NCBI RefSeq assembly: GCF_006345805.1
Contig: NC_042999.1
Coordinates: forward strand, 145,514,001-145,578,000
Length of the DNA: 64,000 bases
Direction: 5' to 3'
DNA from: Octopus sinensis
Lineage: Eukaryota
Shown here: positions 12,890 to 25,464 of the stretch, piece after piece
How positions within the stretch are numbered: position 1 is the stretch's first letter
Layout: every line of letters begins with the position of its first letter
Position numbers and translations under genes: made by a program
Notes under the pieces: model-generated
Seen by the model: only the letters and a program-made list of their open reading frames with translations
The model's database searches: none
What the model was told of the DNA's origin: nothing

Positions 12890-13901
12890 GTCCGTGCTGC
12901 ATCTAAGAAAGTAACAGTTAGTTCGTCATATATATGTACGTATGTATGTGTGTATGTATGCATACATGTGTGTATGTATGTACGTATGCATGTACGCACA
13001 TACGCCTGTGTATGCATGTATGTATGTATGTATGTATGTATGTATGTATGTATGTATGTATGTATGTATGTATGTATATATGTATGTGTGTGTATAAGCA
13101 CGCACATACACTCTATAAAACATAAAGTTATAAACCTGTAGCGATGGATGGATGTAGAGTGACCACTCATCACAACGCTATCAAATTTCAACTCCCTACG
13201 GCCGAGGCTAGAAAGTGAATTTATGACGCTTGCTCACAAGAACTATACCCTAAAATCTATTATCAGATTTTTATCTCTATATCACAGAGCTAATGTATTA
13301 CTATTGTTCGTATGTATGTATGTATGTATGTGCGTATGTATGTATGTATGTATGTATGTATGTATGTATGTATGTATGTATGTATGTATGTATGTACATA
13401 CGTACGCATGTGCGTATGTATGTATACGCGCTCGTATGCATGTGCCCATGTATGTGTGTGTGTACATGTACGTGCGTATGTACGTGTGTATGCCCATACG
13501 TAGGTATGTATGTATGTTTGTATTCATGTGCTACGTATGTATGTGAGTGTCTAGGAGAATGGGCAGATGTGTCCGTGAGAGTGTGTACATGTGTATGTGT
13601 ATGTGAACGTATGTCCGTGTACTGGCATGTGTCCGTCCAAGTTGTGTACATGACTGTTACTTTGCTGAAGGTTGTATACATATTTACATATATGTTTGTA
13701 TAGACGCACACATATATATATATATGTGTGTGGGTGTGTGTTTGTTCCTCTCATCATCGTCTAACCGTGAATGGATACAACGCCTAGGTGCAACTGTTCG
13801 TATCAAACAACGTCTGCTCATACCGTTGTATATAACTGCACATACGCATTGCAACCTGTATGTAAGGACTACAGGTGAAAGGGAGAGAGAGAGAGGGGTG
13901 G

Positions 13902-14474
13902 TTATAGAATAGTCCTTCTGAATGGGATCTGGATGTTATTCCATTCGGACTTTCGGTTGAGAGTAGGTTTGTATTCTTGTATACAAACAGCTTCTGTGAC
14001 CTGTCTCAACATTGCATCGGTGGGATGTGCAGATAGGATGTTCAACTTAAGCTCCCCTAAGGATCCCTTGTGGCAGTCTACAGCATGTTGGTAGAAGATG
14101 GAGTTTCGCTTCCTTTCAATGTAGTCGTCCAGGTGTTCTTTGAACCTATCATTGATGCTTCTAGAGGTCTCACCTATGTATGACTCCGGGTTAGCCGCGC
14201 AAGCTCCCTCCTGGCACTTAATCTGGTATACAGTGCCCTTGGTTTTACAATTTACGTGTGGATTTGTCGAACACACTGCACAATTACTCTGACAGGTGAT
14301 TCTATCAAATGGATATGATCTGCATAATGCCGATTTGATAGTCCTACCTGTCTTTTCTACAACTTTAACTTTTAGGCCCGTAGTGCGCAGGACTTTCTTG
14401 AATGCCTTACTTAGCTCGTTCTTAGGTGTGGCGTCAACGAACATCACTCCGTGAAATCTCCTGTTATCGTACCA
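13902..14474 (-). CDS. Penelope-like ORF C-terminus: Cys-rich linker and GIY-YIG endonuclease (5'-truncated, no internal stops)
   Basis: WYDNRRFHGVMFVDATP...CQSNCAVC...NCKTKGTVYQIKC...SYIGETSRSINDRFKEH...RQVTEAVCI...TLNRKSEW; VY..C/YIGET/R..EH/E/LN are the GIY-YIG motifs. Confidence 0.92.
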   Translation of the reverse strand, partial: WYDNRRFHGVMFVDATPKNELSKAFKKVLRTTGLKVKVVEKTGRTIKSALCRSYPFDRITCQSNCAVCSTNPHVNCKTKGTVYQIKCQEGACAANPESYIGETSRSINDRFKEHLDDYIERKRNSIFYQHAVDCHKGSLGELKLNILSAHPTDAMLRQVTEAVCIQEYKPTLNRKSEWNNIQIPFRRTIL

Positions 14475-15030
14475 AGTAACCAAGTAACCAAGTAACATAC
14501 GCACATGCGTACGTATGTACATACATACATACATACATACAAACATACATACACATACATACATACATACATACATACATACATACATACATACATACAT
14601 ACATACATACATACGCACATACATACATACATACATACGAACAATAGTAATACATTAGTTCTGTGATATAGAGATAAAAATCTGATAATAGATTTTAGGG
14701 TATAGTTCTTGTGAGCAAGCGTCATAAATTCACTTTCTAGCCTCGGCCGTAGGGAGTTGAAATTTGATAGCGTTGTGATGAGTGGTCACTCTACATCCAT
14801 CCATCGCTACAGGTTTATAACTTTATGTTTTATAGAGTGTATGTGCGTGCTTATACACACACATACATATATACATACATACATACATACATACATACAT
14901 ACATGCATACACAGGCGTATGTGCGTACATGCATACGTACATACATACACACATGTATGCATACATACACACATACATACGTACATATATATGACGAACT
15001 AACTGTTACTTTCTTAGATGCAGCACGGAC

Positions 15031-15080
15031 TTTGTCAGTGAACAGGTCGCGGATTTTAGCGACGAAAATATTTTGACAAA
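15031..15080 (+). ncRNA. Candidate minimal type I hammerhead ribozyme, G3:C8 core variant
   Basis: tttgtca-GTGAACA-g-gtcgc-ggatttta-gcgac-GAA-AATATT-t-tgacaaa: 7-bp stem I, 5-bp stem II, palindromic stem III. Confidence 0.6.
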
Positions 15081-15180
15081 TTAAACTTAAATGTTGGAGT
15101 GAATCGAACGGCTTTTGTGTGTTTCTTAAATGGCTTATAAACACCTTCCACGCTGCAATTGTATACATATATACATATAC

Positions 15181-15212
<32 letters not shown>

Positions 15213-16238
15213 GTATAAATGTATCTAAGTATGGATGTGTATATGTATGGATATTATCCTTTCCCCTGTTCTTTTTTCTCTCTGAACCTCTCTCCCCTCT
15301 CCCCTCTCCCTTTCTCACACTTGTCCTGTACGTGACCAGTCGCAAATTATCTTGGTAAGCTATTAAGACCGTTATACGGGTGGATATAAGTATGCAAACA
15401 AACAGTTACATAATCAAATACCTGTATTCTTGGAGAACTACGTTGCGTCGAAACAATTGCGAATAATAAATAAATGTCCAACCATTAACGATTAAAAAAA
15501 CTAAAATGTATAATTTTAAGTGAATGATGGGGAGCATGAGCAAGACTCCAGAATAAATATTGAAACAAATTTGATTAGAGACATATGATACAGGAAATGT
15601 AGCGAAATATAATGATCAAATTAATGATCCTTTCATGTTCCTGTGGTATGGTACAATTTCATAATTGTGGTATATGCGCGTGTGTGTGTGTGTGTGCGTG
15701 CGCGCGTGTTTATGTGTGATTGTTATCTGAAGAGAAAATATAACGGAAGTTAAAAGAAATATATAAAAGAATTGAAGTAAAAGCTCAGAACTAAAGTATC
15801 AAGTAAAACGTCAAAGATGCAATGTTGAAAGCAACGAGGAGTGATGTACGTGAAATATATGTGATATTTTTTTAATGAGTAAAAAGAAAGGAAAAAGTGT
15901 GAATTATGTGAATTATTAAAAATTCTACGACTCCAACTATGAAGAGGTGGAGAATAGTACTGTGAATGGAAGTAGAGGCAGATTAGTCGACGACGAAGAG
16001 AGTTGCTGAAGACGACGAAAGCATCATATTTAAACATATTATCGCGTAAAAGGTTATTGTAATTGAAAATACCATAAAGATTAAGAACATAATTGTACAG
16101 ACACATAGTTAAAGAAGGAAATATGCATGAATATTTTTAGTATTACATAGATACACACAAACAACACACATACATAAACGTTCAGCATATAAACACAAAT
16201 ACATACATACATACATATATATATATATACTATATATA

Positions 16239-16289
<51 letters not shown>

Positions 16290-16388
16290 ATCCAAACATG
16301 AAAACACAAAGAGAAAACAGAACAACGCGAGAACGTGGAACAAGTATAGTGTTATCGGACGCTCAGGAAAGGAAAGAAAGAAGGGGGA

Positions 16389-16423
16389 TTTAACGTTTCG
16401 TGCGGAGCTCTTCGTCAGAAACA
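16389..16423 (-). ncRNA. Minimal hammerhead-like motif in a Penelope-type terminus
   Basis: gttt-CTGACGA-a-gagc-tcc-gcac-GAAAC-GT-T-aaaa; canonical core, one stem II mismatch, 3-bp stem I. Confidence 0.65.
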
Positions 16424-16495
16424 TAGAGAAAGGAAAGATCCAAGGAAGGACAAAATCGCCAACGATACACACGCGGTCAAAGAGATCCTTCAAAT

Positions 16496-16740
16496 GTGTG
16501 TGTTAACATCCAGTTATTAAATCTCTGGTCCAATACTCAGGAAGTCATTGATTGGCTTGATAAATTAGATAATAAAAGTAGTAGTAAATACATTCAATTG
16601 GACGTTAATAAGTATTACTCTTCAATTAATCCCATTGTACTAAATAGTGCACTTACTTTTGGTAGAAACAATTCTAACCTAATATTAAGAGAACTTAAAG
16701 TTATTTTGGAAGCTAAGAATATATCCATAACAAGTAGTGG
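16496..16740 (+). mobile_element. Penelope-like RT fragment
   Basis: LNLWSNTQEVIDWLDKLDNKSSSKYIQLDVNKYYSSI resembles the PLE RT motif (F.QFDI..FYPSI). Confidence 0.75.
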
Positions 16741-19428
16741 GTCAGAAAAAATTCTAATGATTATTTTGGCATGGAGTACAAATGACAAAAAAAAAAAATT
16801 AAAGGGGTGAAAGAAAAGTGTTATAAGTCCAACAGCTCATTCTGGGGACTCGCTGATCCATAATGATGTCGGTAGATTTAGTTCTTCACATTATGCGGCT
16901 GTATGGATGCAATTAACATTGGATAAGACGAGCCTCTGTCATCAGAGAAGAGATCTTACATTTCAGATATTTCTTTGAACTTCTCTTCATTGCGTTAAAT
17001 GATAGGCGATATAAAAAATTTACTTCAATTATAAAAAAAAAATCACACTTTTGATTATCATGACGACGACGACTACCACCACCACCACCACCACCACCGC
17101 CGTCTTTTAGTTCAGTTGTTGTTTATAACTACTATTCTTGCTGTAAAATACGAAATTCGAATAATAAAATAATAACACCCACGGTTACTTACCTAAATTA
17201 TTTCACTGTCATTGAAAAAGCCATCTTTCTATCTATGAAAAGTTTAGTATTATTATTCCTTCTTCCGTCCACCTATCGATGTGGATAGATAGATAAATAG
17301 ATCAAGAGATAAAAAATATTAAAAAATTGATTAAAATGTTATTTTCTTGTCAGACGCAATAATATATGAAGTCTAAAATTTTCCCCTACTAAACACTTAA
17401 TATTTCTCTCTCACTTTTTATCTCTACAAAATTTTTAAATATACTACTTTCCTCTTCACGTCGTCATCATTTCTCTCTTTCTCTTTTTCTTCACCTCTCA
17501 CTTCCACTCCTCACATGACAGCGTAATGCATCTTTTGGCAATAACGCCACTACCCTTGCTCTCCCCTTGTCCTCTCCGTCCTTTCTATTTGCCTTTCTTT
17601 AACTTCACCACCTGAACATTACCTATCTGCTAAACATTGTATTTATAGCTCTCTTTCTCTATATCACTCCATTCAACTAAATTTTTAAGCACTTAATAAA
17701 TAAAATATTAAATTTTCCCTGCCTAACGTCGTTGACACTTCTCTCTCCTCTTTCTTGCTCGCACTACGCCTGTCCCTTCAGCTAGTCCCTTGACAGCATA
17801 ACCAATTTTGGCCTTAGCGTATTAATGTATAGATTACATTTTTTTTTGATGAAGGTGAAGTGAATTTTTACAATAAAGATATGTCCCGATCTAAATTAAT
17901 AGAATGCGTCTTCTATAAGGTTAATGCTCCGATAACAAAAGGTGGTTGCAGTTAGGGTTGCCACTTTTTGGCTATTGAAGCTGTTTTTAGTCGGCACTTT
18001 AACGCTGGTAAGTAACGTTTTAAGGGACTTTTGTTGTCGTTTGTTTTTGCATATTATATGTATTTCTTAGCTTTTGCTTCGATAATAGAAAGCTTTGATG
18101 AGTAGCACTATATGTTTCTGTTTTACTTAGGTTGTGTGTTGTGACGTAAGGAAGATATTTCATGTATTGCAATTGATTTTCGTCTTTCGTAATTCTTAAA
18201 TATTTATTGCTTTGGCAGTTCTATTCTGTTATCAATTAACTTTGTTAGGTGCTATCATTCAAATAGTATTTGTTATAAATTCTGGAATTAATAATGGTTT
18301 TATTTGCAGAAATATCACTCGAAAAAAACGGACAGTATTTTGCCCTAGAAGCTGTTTAGGTGTTACTTTCATTTTGTGTAATTGGGTCGCGTTGTTTTAT
18401 TATTGGAATTTCGGAAGGAATCGCTTGTATTTGTAACATACATAATCACTTAGGTCCGTTAAAACCCATAGATGCACGCATGTAGAAACTGATTTTAAGA
18501 ATTAATTAGTTTGGACTTACAGACTTTTCTCACGACATATTACTATCCGTAATACCATTAATTCTCCCTCGCATACGTCATTTTAGAATTCACCACCCGC
18601 AAGATCCTTAACCAATATGTAATTAGCCACTGTATGAAATTCAAGGAGACTGTCACTTTTTGGTATGATAAACTTAGCTTTCGACTCTTCATCAGATCTT
18701 GGGTTCTGCATCAGATAATGAATAACGTATATTAATTACGAGCCATGTATATAAGCACACATGCATGCAAACAAGATGTATAAACACCATGAGCACACAC
18801 AGATTAGAGTGATTGCTGGGATCTCACTATTTTATCTCTTCACTGACTAATGGATTCATCTAACTGTGCGCCTGTACTTAACTGATTATATTGTGTTATG
18901 GATAAAATTTTATTTGCTGTTTGCATTACTTATTCCCTATACTGTCCTGTGTTTCTTTCTTGTTCTGATTATAGATTAGTTTAAACATAGACAGGAGTGA
19001 TTGTTGTCATTGATATTTAGCTTTACGGGGTATTCCAGCAATGACCAGAGTTTCATTTATTCTGATAGAGTTATTGATGTAAGACTACATTACCAAACGT
19101 TTTAATTTCCTTTTCAGAGATAAGATGGCATGATTTGAGGCTAGATTTACCTGCTATTTCAAGCAGGCTAAGTTATCATGTAGAGATTACCTACTATTAT
19201 TGCTGCAATGTATCGCATGTTCAACCCAGCTCAACTGATTTATAATTAAAGGCGTTCCACCCATGATCATTCCTTCCTTCTACGTGTATATAGCATTAAA
19301 ATTTCTACCGCGCCCATCCTTTATTTGCAATTGTGCAGTTTGAATGAGATTTAGCTGCTATTTCTTGACGATCATGCAGCAAAATATAGTTTTACTCAAC
19401 GAGACAACTCCATTGTGTTAGTATAGAG

Positions 19429-19721
19429 CAGTGGTTCCTGACGTGGGCTGTATTGCTCCCTGGGGACGGTGCAAAGTTTCAAGGGGGTTTTGAAGAAAGG
19501 TGGGGCGATAATGGAGTGGCGATTCATGAAAAACAACTAAATAATGGGTTCGTTAGGTTGCTTTATTTGTGAAATGCAGTTGCTTCGAATTTGCCTCAGA
19601 AAATGGTCTAGGCTTATGATGGTTACTTGGGGTGGGGACGCTAGGAAAATGGTTTGGGAATAAGTAATGCAAACAGCAAATGAAATTTTATCCATAACCC
19701 GAAATAGTTTGGGAACCACTG
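19429..19721. mobile_element. hAT-like MITE
   Basis: TIRs cagtggttcc / ggaaccactg; flanks gtatagag / gtctagaa form a degenerate 8-bp TSD of the NTCTAGAN type. Confidence 0.8.
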
Positions 19722-20480
19722 GTCTAGAACATTTAATTACTTTATACACGCTGTATCCTCGCTGTTGACTGGGCATAGACATGAATTCACAAATTTCAAT
19801 ATAATTTACATATTTATAATTTGAAAATTGTCATACGATCTGTGGCGACACATTAATATGCTTATGTTTATTCAAATTTATGGAATTAGGTAATAGATTA
19901 ATAACTATGTTGTTCAGTAAATTGTGGCGATGTGAACTTCATTGAAGTGCGTCTTATATAAACATTCTATACAAATACAAATGCTAATTAATTAGAAGCC
20001 GGTTAATATTTTATGAGTTAATGCAACCTCCTGGTTGTCCACAGAATTGATTTTTCCAAATGAATTGTTAGTCTTAAATGAATAGCTGTTCCAAATGATG
20101 TTTGATCCCTCTCCAACTAACATACATCTGCCTGAATAGAAATACATTTGTATACATAATAAATGCACACTTACATATGTACAAATACACTCACGTACAA
20201 GCACATATATGCGCACAAGCAGAATATATTAATACTTACACTAACACACTAACACGCATACGCATACACTGTGTACTCGAGGCAATGATTAAATATAGTA
20301 GTGAATAGACTTCACTAATTATATATGGGTGGTATCTTGGAGAATGTTTATAATAGAAGAAGATCATCCCCAGAGGTATACAGATTTATAATTTGTATGT
20401 TTGTATTCATTAATTAGAGGGCCGCAACCAGTAAGAAATACTGATGACAATACATTAGTTTATATACATATATGCATCTG

Positions 20481-20512
<32 letters not shown>

Positions 20513-20654
20513 TGTATGTATGTATGTGTGTGTGTATGTATGTATGTATGTATATATGTATGTATGTATGCATGTATGCATGTATGTATGTATGTATGTA
20601 TGTATGTATGTATGCATGTATGTATGCATGTATGTATGTATGTGAGAATTTACA

Positions 20655-21780
20655 AAAGAAGAAAAGACGAAGACGGGTGTGTAAACAACAAACATGCATT
20701 AGTTTAACGCTCGGGAAGTGTGAAAGTCTTTTACGTTTCTAGCCTACGCTCTTTGACTGAAAGGAACACAGAAACAAACAAGGAGAGAAAATAGAAAAAA
20801 GGTATAGTGATTAGCGGGAGAAAGCCGGACAGGGAAGTCACACAGGAGAGCTAGGAAGAAGGAGAGATAATAAAGTAGTGGTGATCCCAAAACGAAGGTG
20901 CGCGTGCGTGAGTATGTGAGAGCATGTATGTGCGTGTGGAAGGGTGCTGGTGACCTTGACATGTGCGTGCATGCATGTGTAGGTGTGTGGATGATGGTGT
21001 GTGTTCTGGGAAGTGGTCAGTGCTAGTGTGTTCGGGATGGTGTGATGTGATGTGGTATTGTGGTGGTATGGTAGTGTGGTGGTGTGGTAGTGTGTGGTGT
21101 GGTAGTGTGTGGTGTGGTAGTGTATGGTGTGGTAGTGTGTGGTAGTGTGTGGTGTGGTAGTGTGTGGTGTGGTAATGTGTGGTGTGGTAGTGTGTGGTGT
21201 TGTGATGTGTGGTGTGGTGGAGTGCTGTGTGGTGGTGTGTGGTGTGGTGGTGTGTGGTGTGGTGTTATGTGGTGTGGTGGTGTGTGGCGTGGTGGTGTGG
21301 GGTGTGGAGTGGTGTGGTAGTGTTGGAGTGTTAGGGAGGCGAGAGTGAGGGAAGTAAGGGTGGGGTGAAAGGGATGGGATGGGATGTATAGGGATGGTGG
21401 GGGTGGAATATGTAGGGGTGGGTTAACGAAGGTGCGGTGACGATGAAGGGAGAGGGTGTAAGGGAAGAGGTGGGTAGGATGAAGAGGGGAAGTAGGTGTT
21501 AGAGCAAGAAAGAAGAGGTGTGTGGGAGGAAGTAGGAGTGAGAGGAAGAGAGGAGAGTAGAGGAGGGTTAGATAAAAAGGAGAGGAGAGTTGAGCCCATA
21601 TGGTGCAAAGGAGCGAAGAGAGAAGATTAATCTTTGTTCACGGCGGAAACGGGAGTCCCGATGTTCCTTGTGCAAGGACAATCCGAACGCAGACAGGGAT
21701 TTTAAAAAATGACCAGTAGAGCGGAAATGGCGCGAGACCGGTGTGTCACTGAAAAGTTTGATACATGTGTGAAACAAAGA
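20655..21780 (-). mobile_element. Penelope-like 3' fragment: GIY-YIG end, (CACCA)n-rich UTR, terminus with a decayed hammerhead
   Basis: DTPVSRHF.STGH...RFRREQRLIFSL...PYGLN at 21777-21568; terminus homologous to 63845-63980. Confidence 0.8.
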
Positions 21781-22158
21781 AGTGCGTGCTAATCAGTGCA
21801 AGTAAGTTCTGAACAACATTTCTGTATACATTTTAAACTAATAAGAAATTATACTAAATAACATCTCTATTTCTCTAATATTGACATTATTTGGTTGGGC
21901 TTGCGCTATATGGTTTAGCATCACGTTGAAACTACTTCTAACTTGGATTTCTAAATGCTTCTAAATATTTCTGCTGGACGACATATCTCTACGAATGCTT
22001 GTGTATTACATTGCTAAGTCGATAGGACAAAAGACAAAAGTCCAGAAGATGGCAGCCTGCATTCCAAAATGTTTAGTTTCTACGTAAGTATGTAGGCATG
22101 TACGTATGCATGCATGCCTGTCTGTCTGTCAGTCTGTCTGTCTGTCTGTCTGTCTGTC

Positions 22159-22190
<32 letters not shown>

Positions 22191-22665
22191 TGTATGTATG
22201 TATGTATGTATGTATGTACACATGCATGCATACACGTTAGTTTATCGTCTCTTATTTATACGAACATATTAACATTCAAGCTTATCATTCCTTATAATAC
22301 CTTAAGACTAGACAGAAATAAATCAATTCTAAATACAGACTCGCTTTAGCCTTTCGATGACGTAGATGTTTTGTCTGGCGAAAAAGAAGGTAATTTGGAT
22401 TTATAAAGGAGACAAGGAAACGAGTGACATATACTAAAACGGTCATCACAACCTGCTTATCACTTTATTATCCTTAAACGTTTTTTTTTCCTTCTTGACT
22501 TTATTTTCAAATCTTTATATTCTAATTTGCCGTCTTATAATCTGACCTTTAGGTAGAATAGAAGTTCAAAGACAATCGAACCCTTTCATTATTTTTATTA
22601 TTATTTATATCTTTATTTTTTATTCTTATTTTCATTTATCTATTTTCTTCTATATATTTCCTATC

Positions 22666-22790
22666 TACGAGGTCTGATCAATAAGTATCCGGACTGTTGC
22701 TATAGTACCGAAGCTAAAGCACGCGGAGTAAAGCCATTTGGCACTGATTGACTTTGAACTTCGTTGTGCATGCGCACTAAATTTTAAACT
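22666..22790 (+). mobile_element. mariner-type 5' TIR fragment
   Basis: ta|cgaggtctgatcaataagtatccggac start; partner TIR not found. Confidence 0.6.
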
Positions 22791-22938
22791 ATCCTGTGAC
22801 CCTTCCCAGACAAAATATACGTCATCAATGAACCGTAACCAGAGTTTTGGTTCGTGATCATAAAGAGATTTGCATGTCTTTAGTAACTGTGCCTCGAATT
22901 TCGTCATGAAGACATTAGCGAAATTAGCTGTCATGGGG
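22780..22938 (-). mobile_element. Penelope-like RT catalytic fragment
   Basis: PMTANFANVFMTKFE...PKLWLRFIDDVYFVWEG (RFIDD active-site motif). Confidence 0.85.
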
Positions 22939-22996
<58 letters not shown>

Positions 22997-22997
<1 letters not shown>

Positions 22998-23126
22998 TCC
23001 TACGCAGAACACTTTCCATACAATAACCATCAGAGCATCACAACAAATCACAGCACATACCCAAGGCACACAGAGCTGCGCTCGGTAGTGAAGTGAAAGC
23101 ACGCTATAAAAATAAAACTACTGAAT
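22997..23126 (+). mobile_element. Very short R4/Dong-like 3' end flanked by (AAT)n
   Basis: Reads LRRTLSIQ*, parallel to ILRKILSM* at 5100-5123, then a short UTR; (AAT)n at 22940-22997 and 23126-23141. Confidence 0.6.
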
Positions 23127-23559
23127 AATAATAATAATAATATGCAGTATTGCAGACAACATAAGAGAATTACTTAGTTTTAGCATGAAGAAATGGAAAG
23201 TAGATTTCTAGTCAAGTGATATCAAGAGAGAAATTTTCCAAGGAGACTAGGTATCCCCTTTAACATCCATCTTATGTTTAATCCCACTCAGTTTAGTAAT
23301 AAGGAAGGCAAAGGCCGGATATTCAGTTCAGGAATAGTATAAGAAAAATTAACCATTTGCTCTACATGGATAATCTGAAGCTTTTTGGTAAGAATAAAAA
23401 AATCACAAAAAAAAAAACAGATAGCTTCCTTAATATTAACTGTAAGACTCTTCAGCATAGAATTTGGCATAGATAAGTGTGTAATATTAGTCATAAGAAA
23501 GGGACAGGTTGTCAAACGTGAAGGTGTCCAATGACCAAACGACCAGTCATTAAAATCAT

Positions 23560-25350
23560 TGAAAGAAGGAGAGATCTATAAGCATCTAGGAGTATTAGAA
23601 TCTGACAGAATATTAACTATAGAAATGAAAACAAAATTTGAGGATTACATCCGAAGGGTGAGGAAGCTAATGAAGTCAAAGTTAATGGTCTGAATCTAGT
23701 GAAGGCTGTAAATACTTGGCAGCATCGTTACTTAGATACTCAGGAGCCTTTATAGATTGGACAGAATCTGAATTAGCAAATCTAGACAGAAGAACTAGGA
23801 AGGAATTCAATATGAATGGAGGTCTCCACCCAAGATTAGGAGTGAGTAACGGCTAACTGACAAGGCAAGAGCAATAAGAGCAATAGGGTGGTTAAAGACA
23901 TGGAAGTTGAGAGATAAAAAGTAAAGTAGAAAATAGAAACAATACTTCACCAACAGATGAATTGCCCAAAGAGGACAGAGAACTAAATGGTGGCAATGAA
24001 GACGTAGAGCAAAGTGTAAATGTAAATTCATTCTCAGCGAATGAAGCAGGAGAAATGGGAAATGCTATATCACAAGAATACGATGAAAGCCAACAAGACA
24101 TAGTGAGGATGATGTGCCGATATATTAGAGAAGAGCAGGATCAAGCGCCCGCCAGTCTGAGGTACATTGATCGATGCAGGCTCAAAGTCGAAACCGAAAA
24201 TATAGATTCGCTTCTTGTGCTATTCCAGACGAGAAATATAACTGAAATTAACAAGACTATTTCGGCTGCAGTTGTGGTTGCTGCAGATAGAGTTGGATAC
24301 AAAAGAAGAGAACAAATAGAACGTGAAGAACCATACTGATATAGACGAATTTGTGAGAAACAAAGTTAAAAAGATATTTAGGACAAGTTGATAGATTGAG
24401 GGAAATTACTGAACGAAAGCATAAGAATAATGCAAGAAAGAACATATATAATAAAAGGTAAAGGTTATATTGTGATATTGGAAGAATTGAAATAAAGGGT
24501 AGTAGCGGTCAAAGCAAAATTGGAAAGATATAACAATAGAACAAAATAATTCAGGCAAAACAGATTGTTTGAAGCAAATCAGAATAAAAGCTGTTTCAGG
24601 AACTAGATTGGCAATTACACGTCACAATGATACCAGATGCAGAAGGATGTAAAGTATTCTGGACAGGGATCTGGGATCAACCTGTAGAGCATAATGATGA
24701 AGCGGAGTGGCTGCATGAAATCCAGGATAGGTAAAGAAATATAGAAGGCCAAGAAGACATAAAGATAACTACAGGAATGATAAAAAAGCAGTTAAGAAAA
24801 TTCCGAAATTGGAAGAGCCCAGAACTGGATGGGGTCCAAGGTTACTGGATAAAGAAGTTGACAGAACTTCCTGAAAGGATATGGCAACAGCTAGATGAGT
24901 GCTTGTAGGAAGGTGCAGTACCCAGTTGGATAACAGAGGGAAGGACATTGTTATATGTCAAGAACAAGATGCACCATACGTACTATACAGTTGATTTTGC
25001 ATACCCCTTTGACCCACGAATTATCAAGAAGGAAGGCGAAAAGATAGATAAATACAACCCTCTTATGTACGAAATAGCCCGACTATGGAAAACAAAGAAT
25101 GTGAAGATAGTGCTAATTACTGTTGTTATCTTGAGGACAGTACCAGAAGACATGAAGAGGAATATAAAGGAAATTGAAATAGAATGCCCGGTAGAACTGT
25201 TATAAAAGTTTTGCCTCTTTGGCACGGCACGAATAATCAGGAAAATATTAAATAGCTGAAAAGAGCGGATAGCCTGGTACCGTAAGCTGCGGGTAGCAAA
25301 CCTGCTACGCATGAAAAACTCCAGGATTTCCAACAAAACCTGTGATAAAA
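23560..25350 (+). mobile_element. Degraded, rearranged R4/Dong-like LINE sequence
   Basis: Post-RT YKHLGVLESD...RRVRKLMKSKL...AVNTW...DRRTRK (23565-23830); N-terminal/early RT FRQNRLFE...FWTGIW...RNWKSPELDGVQGYWIK (24000-24965); REL VDFAYPFD..KIDKY..GTARIIRKIL (24970-25260). Confidence 0.85.
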
Positions 25351-25464
25351 AGAAATAATAATTGAGACTGATGGATATAATTATCTGGGTATTTTTCAAG
25401 GAAAGTGAAACTAAAGAAAGCTTTAGGCGAGAATATCACAGAAGAACCAGATTAATTATGGGGA

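Larger units (their letters stand above)
12701..15162 (-). mobile_element. Penelope-like element (Neptune-type linker), 5'-truncated, with inverted terminal arm
   Basis: GIY-YIG frame at 14474-13902; arms 12758-13419 and 14495-15162 are reverse complements, each with a hammerhead-like fold. Confidence 0.8.

Noticed and set aside
17953-18225. tagggttgcca hAT-type TIR start
   Set aside because: No convincing partner TIR or TSD.
22040-22075. cagaagatgg...ccaaaatgt hammerhead-like relic (similar at 2583, 6717, 15440, 16005)
   Set aside because: Core and stems are too corrupted to distinguish from chance.
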